A stretch of DNA of 63,949 nucleotides, filler included, from Licmophora abbreviata (taxonomy: Eukaryota): assembly GCA_900291995.1 (NCBI GenBank). It is 10 parts of 10 records of this genome, joined end to end, with 100 filler letters (N's around TTAATTAATTAA, not from the genome) between each part and the next. Parts side by side here need not be neighbours in the genome. Positions count along the whole stretch, not along the records: positions 1 to 15,377 come from OLMU01004039.1; positions 15,478 to 23,402 come from OLMU01004040.1; 8 more parts are not named here. One strand, 5' to 3'. Position 1 is the stretch's first letter, and every line of letters starts with the position of its first letter. Below are positions 11,480 to 23,402 of this stretch, piece after piece. The position numbers and the translations under genes are program-made. The notes below the pieces were generated by a model. It saw only the letters and a list, made by a program, of their open reading frames with translations. It had not been told where the DNA came from and did no database searches.

Positions 11480-12400
11480 TCACACAATCACTCCATATTC
11501 AGAATGATAGCACACACACGACCGACTGGGCTTCGACGAATGTTCAGGATCCAACCAAATCTTGCATACATCAAAGGGTGGGCAGTAGAGATGCAGCGTA
11601 ACGGCAGGTACCGTAAGTGTCGGATTTCCGACCTTGTGGTAGCCCATGGAGTCCGTAATGTAGGCAAGCTGTCCTTCTGTGGAAGTAAAAACAAGCCACC
11701 AGACGACATAGCCACCGTTAGTGTATATCAATGCATTGATGTCACGAAAGCAACCAAGTCCACGCGGACGCCTCGTGCACTCTCACCTTGATACACGTTG
11801 TCTAACACGCATTCCATGCTATCATTCGGCTCGTCCTTCACGTAACGACACTCTTGTACCGACCCCTTCAAGACCGTCATCCAGCACCCATCACACGGGT
11901 GATCGTGGATGGGCGAGGAGCGACCAGGATTCCAGCACAATATCAAGAGCGTGTAGAGACGACCATCACTGGCAATAAGGTTTCGAGTATAGTTCTTGGA
12001 GGCATCAAAATGAGCATATGCCTCAAGATCTTCGTCATCAAGTGACAGTTTCCTGGTGCATTTTCCGAATTCGAACAATCGTGAAAGTGTGAGTCAAAAG
12101 TCAACAGTCGACGACTGTCTAGCGCAGTGACGACGGAGACGAGGTCCAAAGTGACCATGCTTCAACTCACTTCATGAGCTTGGAAACTGATCCATTCTCC
12201 ATATCGTCGTCCCTACTCTTGTCATTCTTTGTGGCGTCAGGTAAAGAGGTCTGATTTTTTCCTTGTTCGATAGCTTCCGGCAGGGCCAGCAGAAACTCCT
12301 CCAAGCTGATCTTGCAGGTCTCTTCTTCAGTGGCGAACGGTCTCTCCTCGATAAACACGGAGGTGGGAGACGATGAGAGGAGCAGATCGTTCGATTCCAT
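11480..12400 (-). CDS. CDO1: Cysteine dioxygenase type I (3 exons)
   Basis: YTRNLI, LLILCWNPG..SPIHDH...CW, GYHKVGN and AVTLHLYCPPF motifs. The 3-His Fe triad, substrate Arg and Cys/Tyr cross-link residues are present. Confidence 0.9.
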
Positions 12401-12660
12401 ATTGCTCTTGACAAGAATGACAACTTCGTTCTGTTGTAATTTGTGATCTCTCCTTTCTCAGAATTTTGTGATTCAAGAGTTGATTCGATTCGTGATGATG
12501 ATGAGAAAGAGAGCGCGCGCAAGTTCTACGTAAGACGCAGTACTGATCTGCGTGGGTTTAACGCTTGTAGAAGTTCTACTAGAAGCACATTCGAAACAGA
12601 AAAGGCATTCGGAGTTTTCGAGTTGAAAAACAATCTTTTCGAGTTCCACAAAAACTGCAC

Positions 12661-13534
12661 ATGGCGAGGGCGACCATGACGAGGCTTGCTGCGAGTCGAT
12701 GCGTGACTTTGTTCGTCCTGATGCTGCTGTTGCAGTCCATGCCGACTGGACAGGCTCAAACGCTTGAGTTCTCAACAGAACAGATAGGACATATACGAAA
12801 GGGGGGCAAATCCTTGCCTGACGCGACGATTTCAGTCACTGCCGATGACGCATCCGAGTCTCCTCCTCACTTATTCAGCGGTGGCCCACCGCTTATTGTT
12901 CCCAAGGGCATTTCCTTTTCTCGGACGATCAAGCACTTACAAACTGGCGCTTCGTATTATCTTAATCTCGATGAGAATCACTGCAAGTTACAAGATCAAT
13001 ATGGAGACAACGATTGTCACTACACGTGGGGCGACACTGTGAAAGGCAATTACACTGCCGGACTTGCCGTTCCAGTCAATGTTGGCGACACAATGCACGG
13101 TGATTTCAAGGTGTGTAGCTTAAGGAAGATGGGCGGGGCGTGGACTTAGGCATGATAGGAAGCAGAATGTGCACAGATACGCGAGGGACCTGGCCCCATT
13201 TCGGGCAACGGGCACATCACGTCGCACTACCACTCTCTCTCACACTTTCTTTGCCTCCTTCTTGTCACAGATTGATCGACTCGTTCCGTATGAGTTTACC
13301 TGTCCCCTTTGTGGTGACCCTTGTGTCTTGGAAGTTCCCGTCATTGAAGTCAACTATACGATTGATACACCCCCATGTCCCATTGGACCAACCCTGTCCC
13401 ACTTTGTCCATGAGACACTTGGGCCGGTATCTCCCACAGATGGAATACGAACGCATCTTGCGGGAACTGTTCAAATGAAACGATCCAATGGCGATCTGAT
13501 TGCCGAGTTTAGTGTAGAGGCATACGTCAAGTGA
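12661..13534 (+). CDS. Secreted Cys-containing beta-sandwich protein, possibly ML (MD-2/NPC2)-like; intron 13111-13270
   Basis: Signal-peptide-like N-terminus, CPLCG...C and PPCPI motifs, alternating beta-strand pattern at the C-terminus. GTGTGT..CACAG intron in frame. Confidence 0.5.
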
Positions 13535-14399
13535 AGTGATCCATGAATTTTGTCGCTAGTAGAGACATCATGCTGTTAGCCTTGGATTTGATGATACCTT
13601 CTCTCTTGAAGGAAATAGTGCCATGGGTTTTTTGCTAGGACGCATCATCCTTTGCATCCTTACATCCTTGCTAAGGAAGTGGCCTTGATCGATGGTAGAC
13701 TCGAGGCGGCGCTGTAGACGACGAAAGTGCGGCATTCGAAGTTGTCGTCTCCGCCGCATGCATCGACGGAAGGACAGAAAACAAAAAAACACAGTCATTT
13801 CAGTCGTGGTGCGACATTGGATGGATACGACATCATAGGAGAACCTTGAAGTACGACATCAAGACATATAACGAGCCACCTGCCATTTGTATTCGGCTCT
13901 GATGCCTCCAACGGCGACTCCGAGCCGTTTCGGCGAAAAGTGTGGGTCTCAACGGATCGACTTGAAGTTTGCTTTTGATCCATTGTAGCGGGGCATGCGT
14001 GTATTTCCATGTACATCCTTGGTATGAAATAGACCTGCCGGCATTCTGGATCAAAATGGATTGGCTCAAATTGAAAATGAGACGGACAACCCACTTTAAA
14101 CGTACCAACATAGACACCCCGTAGCTTCAGTACAGAATCTTCCGGGACCACCGAGATTCTTGCACCGAGTCAACCACAAACTCACAAGTTGGGCACAAAA
14201 CAGCAGGTGCGACAGTTGATTCAAACCACCCTTGCCTCTCTGCGAATCTCGAGAGATTCGCTTGCAGACATTGAATAGGACAGAAGAACGGAGATTCAAA
14301 CGTTTGAAGTAACGGTCGAGTCATCGAGAACGTGGACTTGAATCACAAAATACAAAACACGAAATCGCCAACGCAACACGCCGCTAGTCTACAAGAACC

Positions 14400-16089
14400 A
14401 TGACTCGAAAGACCCTCCTCGCCGCCGGAGCTCTCATGGCTCTGGTCCTTCCGGGAGCCGACTCCTTTGCCAGAGTCAAGTCAGCGGGGAGAAAACGCGC
14501 CATCAGATCTTCGTCGTCGCTGAATGCGTTCTCTCCCGGGATCCCCTTCAGTCCCGGGCGATCGAATCTCCTCTCCAACTCGTCTGCCTCATCCCAGGTC
14601 CCGCAAGACGAACCGCTCTACAACAACCGCTATTCCGCAGGAGACTGGCTGCACAACGTCTTTACACTTCCACGGTCTTCAGTACTCCGTGACATTCGGA
14701 ATCCAGTAGTCACCATAGCTGTCTGGGGCACCATTGTATCTCTGATGCATCGGATGCTCGCTCGTACCACGAGCCCTACTCTTCTCAAGTTTGCATCAGA
14801 CATGTGCATCGGAGCTGCTCCTCACTCCTTCCTTGTCAGCGCACTTGGGCTTTTGCTGGTCTTCCGGACCAACAGCGCCTATCAGCGCTTCAACGTACGT
14901 GCTCTCGTTCTCCCCCAGCAGATTAGATTCCTCGGGGCTTTTCACGCCGAAGTAGATTCGTTCTCAAAACACTCATCATTACTGTGTCAACTCACCTCAT
15001 CTCTCACTCTATACTTTTTGAATTAACAGGAGGGCCGTAAGATATGGGAAAACATTCTATCCACATCCAGAAACATTTCGCGCATGGTCAATCTATACGG
15101 CAAGGACGTCGGGAAGGATCGCAAGAGCCGCATCATTAGCATGGTTGCGGCCTTTCCCTACTTGTTGCGACACCACGTGCGTCCCGGATGTCTGTGCGAA
15201 CATGGGGATCGAATTCCGGAAGGCGATCGCTTGTCGTTGAATCGCTACTCGACAGCTGTCGTGGATACACGATACGAGGGGGATCGCACAACTCGTGGAA
15301 AGCAAGTGGAACAGCTCTCCGACAGCTGGGTCAACAAGCGCCATTATCCGTGGCGACTCTTTGAAGAGGGCGCCTTGNNNNNNNNNNNNNNNNNNNNNNN
15401 NNNNNNNNNNNNNNNNNNNNNTTAATTAATTAANNNNNNNNNNNNNNNNNNNNNNNNNNNNNNNNNNNNNNNNNNNNGTCTGCGATCGTGTCGGGCGAGA
15501 AATCATGTCTATTCCGTACGGTCCCAACTTTACGTCCCGCGAGCGTCTGTCGCTGTTGAGTAGTGTCGAGAAGCTCACCAACACGGTGGGACAGTGCGAA
15601 CGCATCCACCAGACGGCGGTTCCACTGAACTACGCCCGTCACTCGTTGCGGTCGCTGACGCTGTGGCTTGTGACGTTGCCCTTTGCATTGGTCAGTGACA
15701 TGGGGCTGTTGACGGGGCCCGTCATGGCGGTCATTTCGTGGCTACTATTTGGTGTGTACCAGATTGGATATTCGATTGAAGATCCGTTCCAGGGATCGCT
15801 GCGCCTGTCAATTCTGTCAGACGCCATTCGTCGAGATGTTATTGGCGAAACGGATTCTCGCAATACAGCATTTTCGTTGGACGACTGGGATGATGACGAT
15901 AGTCTTCAAGACTTGGATGAGATTGCCGATAGCATTGGTAAGAGTGTCGTCGAGCAGACGCGCAAGGTGAAGAAGAAGAAGAGGTGTCGTCAAGTCATTC
16001 GTGGCAGATTCGAATCAGGCCAATGTGATTCTGAATCAGCCATCTTTGATCAAGGAGAATGGGACTTGGAATGTGGTTGGGATTGTTGA
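14400..16089 (+). CDS. Plastid-targeted bestrophin-like (UPF0187/VCCN/BST-type) anion channel; intron ~14894-15029; spans an N gap
   Basis: Signal peptide + ADS|FA plastid motif. LGLLLVFRTNSAYQRF-EGRKIW, CERIHQTAVPLNYARH and IGYSIEDPF motifs. Confidence 0.88.
15378..15477. other. Assembly gap with artificial TTAATTAATTAA linker (also at 23403, 30189, 37052, 42826, 45346, 54366, 57262, 60853)
   Basis: Nine identical 100-nt blocks N44-TTAATTAATTAA-N44; the linker places stop codons in all six frames. Confidence 0.97.
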
Positions 16090-16750
16090 GGGATAAGTGG
16101 GAGTGAACAACACGAGCCATACTATTTGTGGCACACAAACAACATCATAGAAAAGTAGAAAAACAACAAAAAATAGAGATAGAGTCGGACAACAATGTGA
16201 TTTTTTAATTGAATCTAGATATTAAGGTGTCAGATACAACATTCTAGAGTGAATGGGGAACGAGTGTGCCGCAGCAATAATGTACAAGGAGCGTGGCCCT
16301 ACAGTGTCTTGTGGCAGCACAGTGTTCTTCGCTCTGCCCCCGAGACTATTAGTACAACTGATGCTGGTTGGACTCGTGCAAGCAAGGAACCTGTCGATGA
16401 TTCGTCGACGCGTTACGCCACCCATTGTCATGAAGCTACAGGGGCTTCCACGGTTCCTGAGTTGTGATGCCATGTTCTATCATACCGAATGGCCTACCGA
16501 CTTTGGAGCTTGGAAACATCGAGCTTCTGTGTATCATACCTCTGTAGCAAGTTCAAAGTGTGACTGAACTCAACTCGTGACTCGACTGACTCACACATCG
16601 CATGACGCATGACGCGGTTTCGTTCGTATAATCTGGTATCGATTACGATTACTGCAGTGCTGATGGATAATGATGATGATGAACGCATGTCTTGCCATGC
16701 CTGGTAGTTTTCCATTCTCCTCTTCTTTTCTAGCTTCCTGAGGTGAATAC

Positions 16751-17569
16751 ATGTCTGCTTTCTTTGTGCATGCAATGATGATTTCGATGATGTTTCGTTT
16801 CCGTCCTGCAGCTGCATCCGCGGCCTCACGGCGACACATCATGATGGCGCCGTCGCTTCGAATTTCTCGTGCCTGCTTTGTGCCCCCTGCGTTGACCCAC
16901 TTTAATAAGAAGAATAATCTGATACGACGGAACGCTCTCGTCCATGCGCAAGGACGGAGTCCCTACCGCACCACCGCCCTGGCGGTCCACCAGGACGACC
17001 ATCATGACAACGATGACGACACTAAAGTCCCAGCAAGGAAGAAAGGAGCAGCAACCGACATTATACCGACCTGGACCTATACGCCGTATCAGCCAACGGC
17101 CCAACGACGACGAAATCCACAACGCAGACCATTTTCTGGTTCTTCCAAAGCCTGGAACGTCCCGAACCAAATTACAATTCCAGAGGACAAAATTGGTATT
17201 TCCTTTCAACGTTCTTCCGGTGCCGGTGGTCAGAATGTCAACAAGGTCAACACGAAAGTCGAGTTGCGATTCAAACTGAGTCAAGCGCACTGGTTACCAG
17301 AAGAAGTCCGGCAAAGACTGCAGGAGCAGCAGGCGAATCGCATCAACAGTGAAGGTTATTTTGCAGTCCATTCGCAAGAGCATCGCACCCAGTCTCAGAA
17401 TCGCAAGGCTGCCATATACAAACTGCAAGAGTTGATTCTGCTGGCTTACCCGCGACCCAAGGAGCGCAAGCTGCGGACGGGCGTAAGCAAGGCGACCAAG
17501 GAACGCAATAAGGAACAAAAGCGACGACGTGGAAAAGTCAAGGCCAATCGAGGGCGCGTCGACTACTAG
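16751..17569 (+). CDS. ICT1: ICT1/ArfB-like organellar peptidyl-tRNA hydrolase (ribosome rescue)
   Basis: RSSGAGGQNVNKVNTKVELRF (GGQ), RINSEG, RTQSQNR, basic C-terminal tail and a long N-terminal targeting extension. Confidence 0.9.
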   Translation: MSAFFVHAMMISMMFRFRPAAASAASRRHIMMAPSLRISRACFVPPALTHFNKKNNLIRRNALVHAQGRSPYRTTALAVHQDDHHDNDDDTKVPARKKGAATDIIPTWTYTPYQPTAQRRRNPQRRPFSGSSKAWNVPNQITIPEDKIGISFQRSSGAGGQNVNKVNTKVELRFKLSQAHWLPEEVRQRLQEQQANRINSEGYFAVHSQEHRTQSQNRKAAIYKLQELILLAYPRPKERKLRTGVSKATKERNKEQKRRRGKVKANRGRVDY

Positions 17570-17685
17570 ACAATCAAGAGAGTACGGAACTCATGCCAGT
17601 TTAGAGCGAGATTGGAACCTTTTGCTAGAAAGCATGTGCTGCTAGCATGGCTTTCTTTCTCCTAGTAATTGTGCTTACAAGGTCT

Positions 17686-19260
17686 CTAGGCCGTGATCGT
17701 CTTTGTCGAACTCTCGTGGTGAACAGGCGTTCGCAACGAAACATCATTGTGTGGCAACACTGCAGGCTCGGCACCTTCCTCTGGTTCCGTCCATTCGCAC
17801 TTGTTCATGCTTCTCTTGGAATGCATCTTTTCACAAGATGCATTGTAGCTTATCATCAAGCCCCATCGTCCAAAGCCGCCAACATTATAGGAAACACACC
17901 GACTCATGCCCAGCAGGTACAAGTCAACAAAAGTGCTGTAAAAGTCGGAAGGAGGATGAGCCGTCCAGTTTTCTACCTTTTCCAAATGAAGTGGTTCTGT
18001 GTCATGTATCAACGAGACAATCGTGCGATTTGTTTCCTTGGCATACTCTTGAACTGCATCAATGGCAACACGGGTGTCGGAAGCAAAGTAAACGGGTCCG
18101 CCGGGTCGCAGTTCGCTCGCACAGTTGACGGCATTGATGGCCCATTCCTTGGTCTCTTGGACAGGTCGCTCCGCACGCGCGTACAAGGCCCGAAAGTGAG
18201 CCGCAGCATAGTTTCCTGGCGACAAGCCAAGACGGTCCTGTGTATCTTGAATAATCTTGGCCACAGGCGGTGACGGAGTAAACATCGTTCGCCAAACATC
18301 ATGATAGACTTCGGTATAGTTGGCAGTTCCGGGTGGAGTATTCTCATCAAAATAGGGCTGTCCTGCATTGTGTGATTGATACTTGGTCCGTATAAAGACC
18401 TCGTGCTGGCTGTTCTGAAGCGCCTTGTATATCGAGTCACATGCTCCAAAGTAAGGCCCCCTATTGTCGCCTATATGAGACGTCAACCAGTCTGGGACCC
18501 GCCAATCCAACCCCCCATTCATGGGTGGCAACAAGAACTCTTCTAATTTGGCCGGCCTCTCCCACCGAATCAGTAATATTCGGTTGCTGGAGGCTGCAAA
18601 CCAAAGCATGACAGGGACTGGTTTGATCCGATCGGCCGTTCCGCCACATCGATCACGAGCAAGACACTGCATGACGAGGAATCGCTTTTCGGAGAAGTTT
18701 TCGGGTGTCAAGTCGCGTCGTTGTTGTTGATGCCAGGCAAAGTACTCTTTGAGCCATGGTGGCAATAACGAGTCAGTCTCGGTGCTGTTCGTCTGGGGTG
18801 GTGCAGTGACCGTGAGGGTAGCGTCGTGGTTCAGAACGACTACCGCCGGGTCTTCTTTCGTCTGGTTGCTCATGTCCAGTACAGAAATCTTCTCTTTTTC
18901 CGGAGGCTTGTAGCCCCGACTCAGCACTTTCGTATCAGTGTTGCTGTCGTCGTCGTCGCCACTGGTCCCTCCCGTCGTATCGCCTTCGTCGTCGTTTCCA
19001 ATCACACCAGTAGCTGCAATGACTGGACTTAAAAAGTCTTCCAGTGCTCGTGAAACAGCCAAGGAGGCTGACGACGTTGTCATTTCCTTCAGTTTCGACG
19101 AATGAAAGTAACACAGGAGGGTGATTTGACTCCCAACGAAGACAAACAGCGCCAAGCCAAGAACGGTGCATGAGGACGAATTTCGGTGTCGTTGTGATGG
19201 CAATTTCGAGGTCGGTGATCGTCGATCCTTTTCTCCGTTGGCAGCAGTAGAAGAAGACAT
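17686..19260 (-). CDS. Type II Golgi membrane protein, fucosyltransferase-like (GT-B), paralog A
   Basis: N-terminal TM and stem, then CGGTADR, YAAAHFRA, PVYFASD and FVDLYLLG, resembling GDP-fucose-binding motifs I-III of alpha2/alpha6/O-FucTs. Confidence 0.6.
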   Translation of the reverse strand: MSSSTAANGEKDRRSPTSKLPSQRHRNSSSCTVLGLALFVFVGSQITLLCYFHSSKLKEMTTSSASLAVSRALEDFLSPVIAATGVIGNDDEGDTTGGTSGDDDDSNTDTKVLSRGYKPPEKEKISVLDMSNQTKEDPAVVVLNHDATLTVTAPPQTNSTETDSLLPPWLKEYFAWHQQQRRDLTPENFSEKRFLVMQCLARDRCGGTADRIKPVPVMLWFAASSNRILLIRWERPAKLEEFLLPPMNGGLDWRVPDWLTSHIGDNRGPYFGACDSIYKALQNSQHEVFIRTKYQSHNAGQPYFDENTPPGTANYTEVYHDVWRTMFTPSPPVAKIIQDTQDRLGLSPGNYAAAHFRALYARAERPVQETKEWAINAVNCASELRPGGPVYFASDTRVAIDAVQEYAKETNRTIVSLIHDTEPLHLEKVENWTAHPPSDFYSTFVDLYLLGMSRCVSYNVGGFGRWGLMISYNASCEKMHSKRSMNKCEWTEPEEGAEPAVLPHNDVSLRTPVHHESSTKTITA

Positions 19261-19703
19261 TATAGGGGAGGACTAGGCTCGCTGGAAGATTCAACCCCGT
19301 TGCGGCCTGATTGACAGTCGAAAACAACGGCAATCGCGACGAGCACTCGATATGCGTTTTCGTCATTGTGGAGGCGACACACACACACTCCAAATTGAAA
19401 ATTGAAAATTGAGAATGTCCTTCGCAGAGTGGTCTGGCCGCGGGGACGACGAATGTCGCTTCGAAACCCGCGAGATAAACCGCCCGGTTGTCTAGCTTGA
19501 GATAGGACGCTGCACTTGGATCGTAGACCTACCTAGCAAGAAGAGTACCGCCAAACTATCGTTGTTAGGACTACTACTAATACATACATACAATAAGGAG
19601 TACGAATCCATAAAAAGTAAAGCCCGCATAACAATCCCAGTCATACATGGATGGAACCCCCCACGCCCCAATCAAAGGCAACAGTCTTCACTGCGTGTAT
19701 CTA

Positions 19704-20999
19704 TCATCCATCCATCCACTCACACGTTTGCATCTTTCTCCGTAACGTATGTCGTATCGAACAAGAGGCATTGTAACTTACCAAAAGACCGTATCGACCA
19801 AAGCCTCCCTCACCGAACGAACCACATCGTCCATCTCCCAACAACAACAAGTCCACAAAGACAGAGTAAAAGTGAGATGGCGACGTCATCACGTCTGCCT
19901 TGTCCAGATGAATGGGCTGTTGATTTTCAATCGTAACAATCTTGTTGTTCTTGTTCTTGTTCTCCTTGGCATACGTACGGACCGTGTCGATGGCAACACG
20001 CGCATCGCTCGTAAAGTACACGGGCCCTCCGGGTCGCAGTTGCGAAGCACAGTTGACGGCATTGATGGCAAACTTGGCAATCGTGTCGCCCGAGTGATTC
20101 TTATTTGCATTTCCATAGTAGGCTCGATAATGCGCAGTCGCATAGTCCCCCGCCACAATGCCCATGGCATTCATTTCCTCGGTCAAAATGCGTTGCACCG
20201 CAGAGGATGGTTCAAAGAATATTCGAAACAAGGCATGGTAGATGGTACGGTAGGAATCGCCACTCCCTTGCATGAGTTCGTCAAACATCGCACTGCCCCC
20301 ATCAAAGACTTGTATCCGTGTCCGCAAGACTGTAATGTTCTTGTCAATGTCCCGCTGGAGCGCTGGCAGACGAGCGCGCAGTTCCCCATTTTCCTGGTGG
20401 TCTTGCAGATGAGGCACGAGCCACGATGGGACGGTCCAGTTGTAACCGTGAAGCAAGGATGTTGGCGGGACGAGGAACTCTTCGAGTGCACAGGGGCGTG
20501 TCCAGCGAATCATGAGAAGACGTTTGGACATGTAGGCCAGTCGTAGTAAGAGAGGGAGTGGCTTGAGACGATCGGACGTGCCACCGCAATGAGGGTCTTC
20601 CATGAGACACTGCAAAATCAAGTATCTCTGGGAGGTCCAGTTTTCGTTTGTCAGTTTTTCCTTTTCGATTCGGTACCAGCCTATATACTCTTTGGCCCAG
20701 GATGGGAGCGAGGAGTAAGCAGAAGAGACATGCAGACTGCTGAGAGAACTGACCGGAAGACCAATCCTACTACCGGTTGTCGTGGGGTCATGATGACTGG
20801 CACGTCGTCCCTTCGGATGAACTTCCGGTGCTTCCTTCCTCGTCGTCGTTCCTTGATGCGTCAGGAGCGCCAGATACACGACCGAGGCGACTGGAAGAGT
20901 CAGAACGCAGAGCAACAGTGACCTGCCGACCCTCAGTTTCCGCTTTTGTTGTCTGCTGCTGCTAGATCGAGAATTCCGTGCTGCTGCTGCTGCCGACAT
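19704..20999 (-). CDS. Type II Golgi membrane protein, fucosyltransferase-like (GT-B), paralog B
   Basis: Tandem paralog of 17686-19260: CGGTSDRLKP, LEEFLVPP, YATAHYRA, AINAVNCASQLRPGGPVYFTSD, FVDLLLLG. Confidence 0.6.
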   Translation of the reverse strand: MSAAAAARNSRSSSSRQQKRKLRVGRSLLLCVLTLPVASVVYLALLTHQGTTTRKEAPEVHPKGRRASHHDPTTTGSRIGLPVSSLSSLHVSSAYSSLPSWAKEYIGWYRIEKEKLTNENWTSQRYLILQCLMEDPHCGGTSDRLKPLPLLLRLAYMSKRLLMIRWTRPCALEEFLVPPTSLLHGYNWTVPSWLVPHLQDHQENGELRARLPALQRDIDKNITVLRTRIQVFDGGSAMFDELMQGSGDSYRTIYHALFRIFFEPSSAVQRILTEEMNAMGIVAGDYATAHYRAYYGNANKNHSGDTIAKFAINAVNCASQLRPGGPVYFTSDARVAIDTVRTYAKENKNKNNKIVTIENQQPIHLDKADVMTSPSHFYSVFVDLLLLGDGRCGSFGEGGFGRYGLLVSYNASCSIRHTLRRKMQTCEWMDG

Positions 21000-21520
21000 T
21001 CTTTTTAAAAGATCTTGCAGCAGACAAAAGTCTTCTTTGAGGCCTTTGCCTCAACGAGGAACGCGGTAGTCGGCATTGCGCAGGTGGAAAGGTCCGTCTA
21101 GACACATGATGTGATGATACACGCTTCTTGATGATGCCTGCAGGTTTCTTCGTGCAAGTTGCCATCTTTCTCTTTTGGGCCATTCTGATTTTTGATTTTT
21201 GTCGGCTTTTGCGCGCGCCCTTTTTCCCGCACCGCCAGACCAAAGTGTCCAAAGCTTTGGACACTTTTATACAATTCCAATCAGCCAAAACAACAGAAAA
21301 GCAGAATTCTATTGCGTGCGAGGTTCCAAATAGCAACTATCCGGGACCTCTCGTACCATGCAGTAGAAAACCTACGAAAAACGCTGAGCTCGCGCCACTT
21401 TGGGAGAAATTGGCCAATGCACCGGAGTTCCCACAGTTTGTCGCAGTAGTGTACCAAGTCCGTGAAAAAGTCACTCCACTTGGACTTGAAAGCTCAAGCG
21501 AACCGACTTTCGACACTGTC

Positions 21521-22826
21521 ATGAGTGAAAGTGAGTCCTAGGGGTGGTGTGAACAGATTTCTGGCTTGCCCGGTGAAGAATTCGGTCCAAAACTCGTTTG
21601 GCGGGTTCCTATTCATCCGATGAACCTCAAATATTGGCATAGCTTCATTTTGCCTCTTTTCTCACTAGATTTTTCTCTCTCTTGCTCTCAGTCACAGTCT
21701 CTACTGTCGCAGCACTGCTCGGTTTCGCTCCGGGAGCTGTGGGAGGTACGTGTGTTGTCTTTCGCGTCCCCAGATGTGAGATTTTGTCACGTCGCGCCTA
21801 TCCACCACTCTCAACTTCGCGGCAAGCGCAGACACCGCTCGCTGCGACTTGAAATTTTCCACCGCACGCCAATTCTGCGAGCTACGTTGTTCCTCAGTAC
21901 ACTTTCTACGTACGAACTAAGCTCACAATTTCTCTCCATCCACACACACTTCTCTCTCTCTCTCTCTCTCTCTTCAGGCGTCTGCAATGTCTTTGTGGGA
22001 CACCCCATCGACCTAGTCAAGGTCCGCATGCAGACGGCCAGTTCCACCTTGACTGCCAACATCGTCGCTGCCCATCAGCAAGCCACGACGCTGGGCCAAC
22101 TTCGAGGTATCTTTGCCCGAGGAGGGTGTGGGGGGCTTGTACCGAGGCGTCTCGGCACCTCTTCTTGCCGTCACGCCCGCCTTTGCCGTTTCCTTTTGGA
22201 GTTTTGACTTTGGAAAGCGCGTCATTCAACAATTGTCTCACAATCACCATCATGGTAGTGGACAACAGCTCACGACCGGTCAGATATGTTTGGCGGGTGG
22301 CTTTAGTGGTATTCCACTGGCGGCCGTCGTTGGTCCCTCCGAGCGACTCAAGTGTCTCATGCAAGTCAATACCAACAAGTATTCGTCCTTTGGTGACTGC
22401 TTGAGACAAGTCTACATGGAAGGCGGGTTGCGGAGTATCTTTCGTGGATCCGGTGCAACTCTGCTGCGAGACGTCCCGGGCAATGCCGCGTACTTTGGCA
22501 TGTATGAGATTGCCCGTCGCGAATTGTGTCGCGTGGAAGGAACCGCCTCTCCGTCCCTGCCTGCCACACTCTTGGCGGGTGGTCTTGCCGGAGTCGCCAA
22601 CTGGATTGTGGCAATTCCCTTTGACGTCATCAAGTCGCGCTTCCAGACCGCACCGGATGGCTATTATCGTAACCTTTGGGATGTCTTTCAACAGCTTGTC
22701 CGACACGAGGGCGTCGGGACGTTGTTTCGAGGACTGTCTCCGGCGCTTCTTCGGGCGTTCCCCGCCAATGCGGCATGTCTGGCTGGAGTAGAAACGGTTC
22801 GTGGTATTGTTGGATCGTCGTCATGA
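21521..22826 (+). CDS. Mitochondrial carrier (carnitine/acylcarnitine translocase-like); 2 introns, apparent +1 frameshift near 22117
   Basis: Three PX(D/E)XX(K/R) motifs (PIDLVK, PSERLK, PFDVIK), plus LLRDVPG and LRAFPANAA. Short first exons ATGAGTGAAA|GTGAGT and ...GAVG|GTACGT reconstruct MSE..TVAALLGFAPGAVGGVCNVFVGHP. Confidence 0.88.
21951..21973. repeat. (CT)n microsatellite in intron polypyrimidine tract
   Basis: About 11 TC units just before the acceptor of the carrier gene. Confidence 0.8.
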
Positions 22827-22968
22827 CAGCGACTATGGTAGCGCGCTCGCTTGGATGATGCACGTCTGTTTGTGGTCGTAATTTACTGTTTCGTGTGAAT
22901 GCTAGTCAAGAGTGATGAAAGCGTCCCTGTACAAATACCCATTTTTTTTGTAAAAAGTAATAGCTACG

Positions 22969-23402
22969 TTACACCCAAAAGAGCTCCCCATCGTACACCA
23001 CATTACTAACACTGGTAGTAGTAGCCGATGGATGCTGGATTGGTACTTCATCATTGCCGCGTAACGAAAGCACTTTCGCTCCTCCCGCTTCATCATCAAT
23101 AATACTACCAGTACTAATACTGTCCTCTTGGGCATTCTTCTTCTTCTTCTTTCGGGCAATCGGCGGCGGTGGAGGCTTCCTGTCATCATGGTTGCTCACC
23201 TTTCTTTTCTTCTTCTTCTTCTCCAAACACGCTGCATTACCAACAGTATCAGTAGACGCCACTGATGGCTGCGATGATGAAGTCTGTTGGCTCGTCACTG
23301 TTGTTTTTTGTTGCTCTGTCGATGGTTCGACACGATACCGCTCTTGCGTGGACCATACAAAGCCAATGGTTTCCAGCATGCGAATCTGCTGGTCTGTTAT
23401 AT
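22969..23402 (-). CDS. Hypothetical protein C-terminal fragment (5' end in gap)
   Basis: Open frame abutting the N gap, with poly-Lys NLS-like stretches. No recognisable domain. Confidence 0.35.

Noticed and set aside
13568..14330. Short ORFs between the ML-like gene and bestrophin
   Set aside because: No motif, coherent exon chain or homology recognisable; treated as intergenic.
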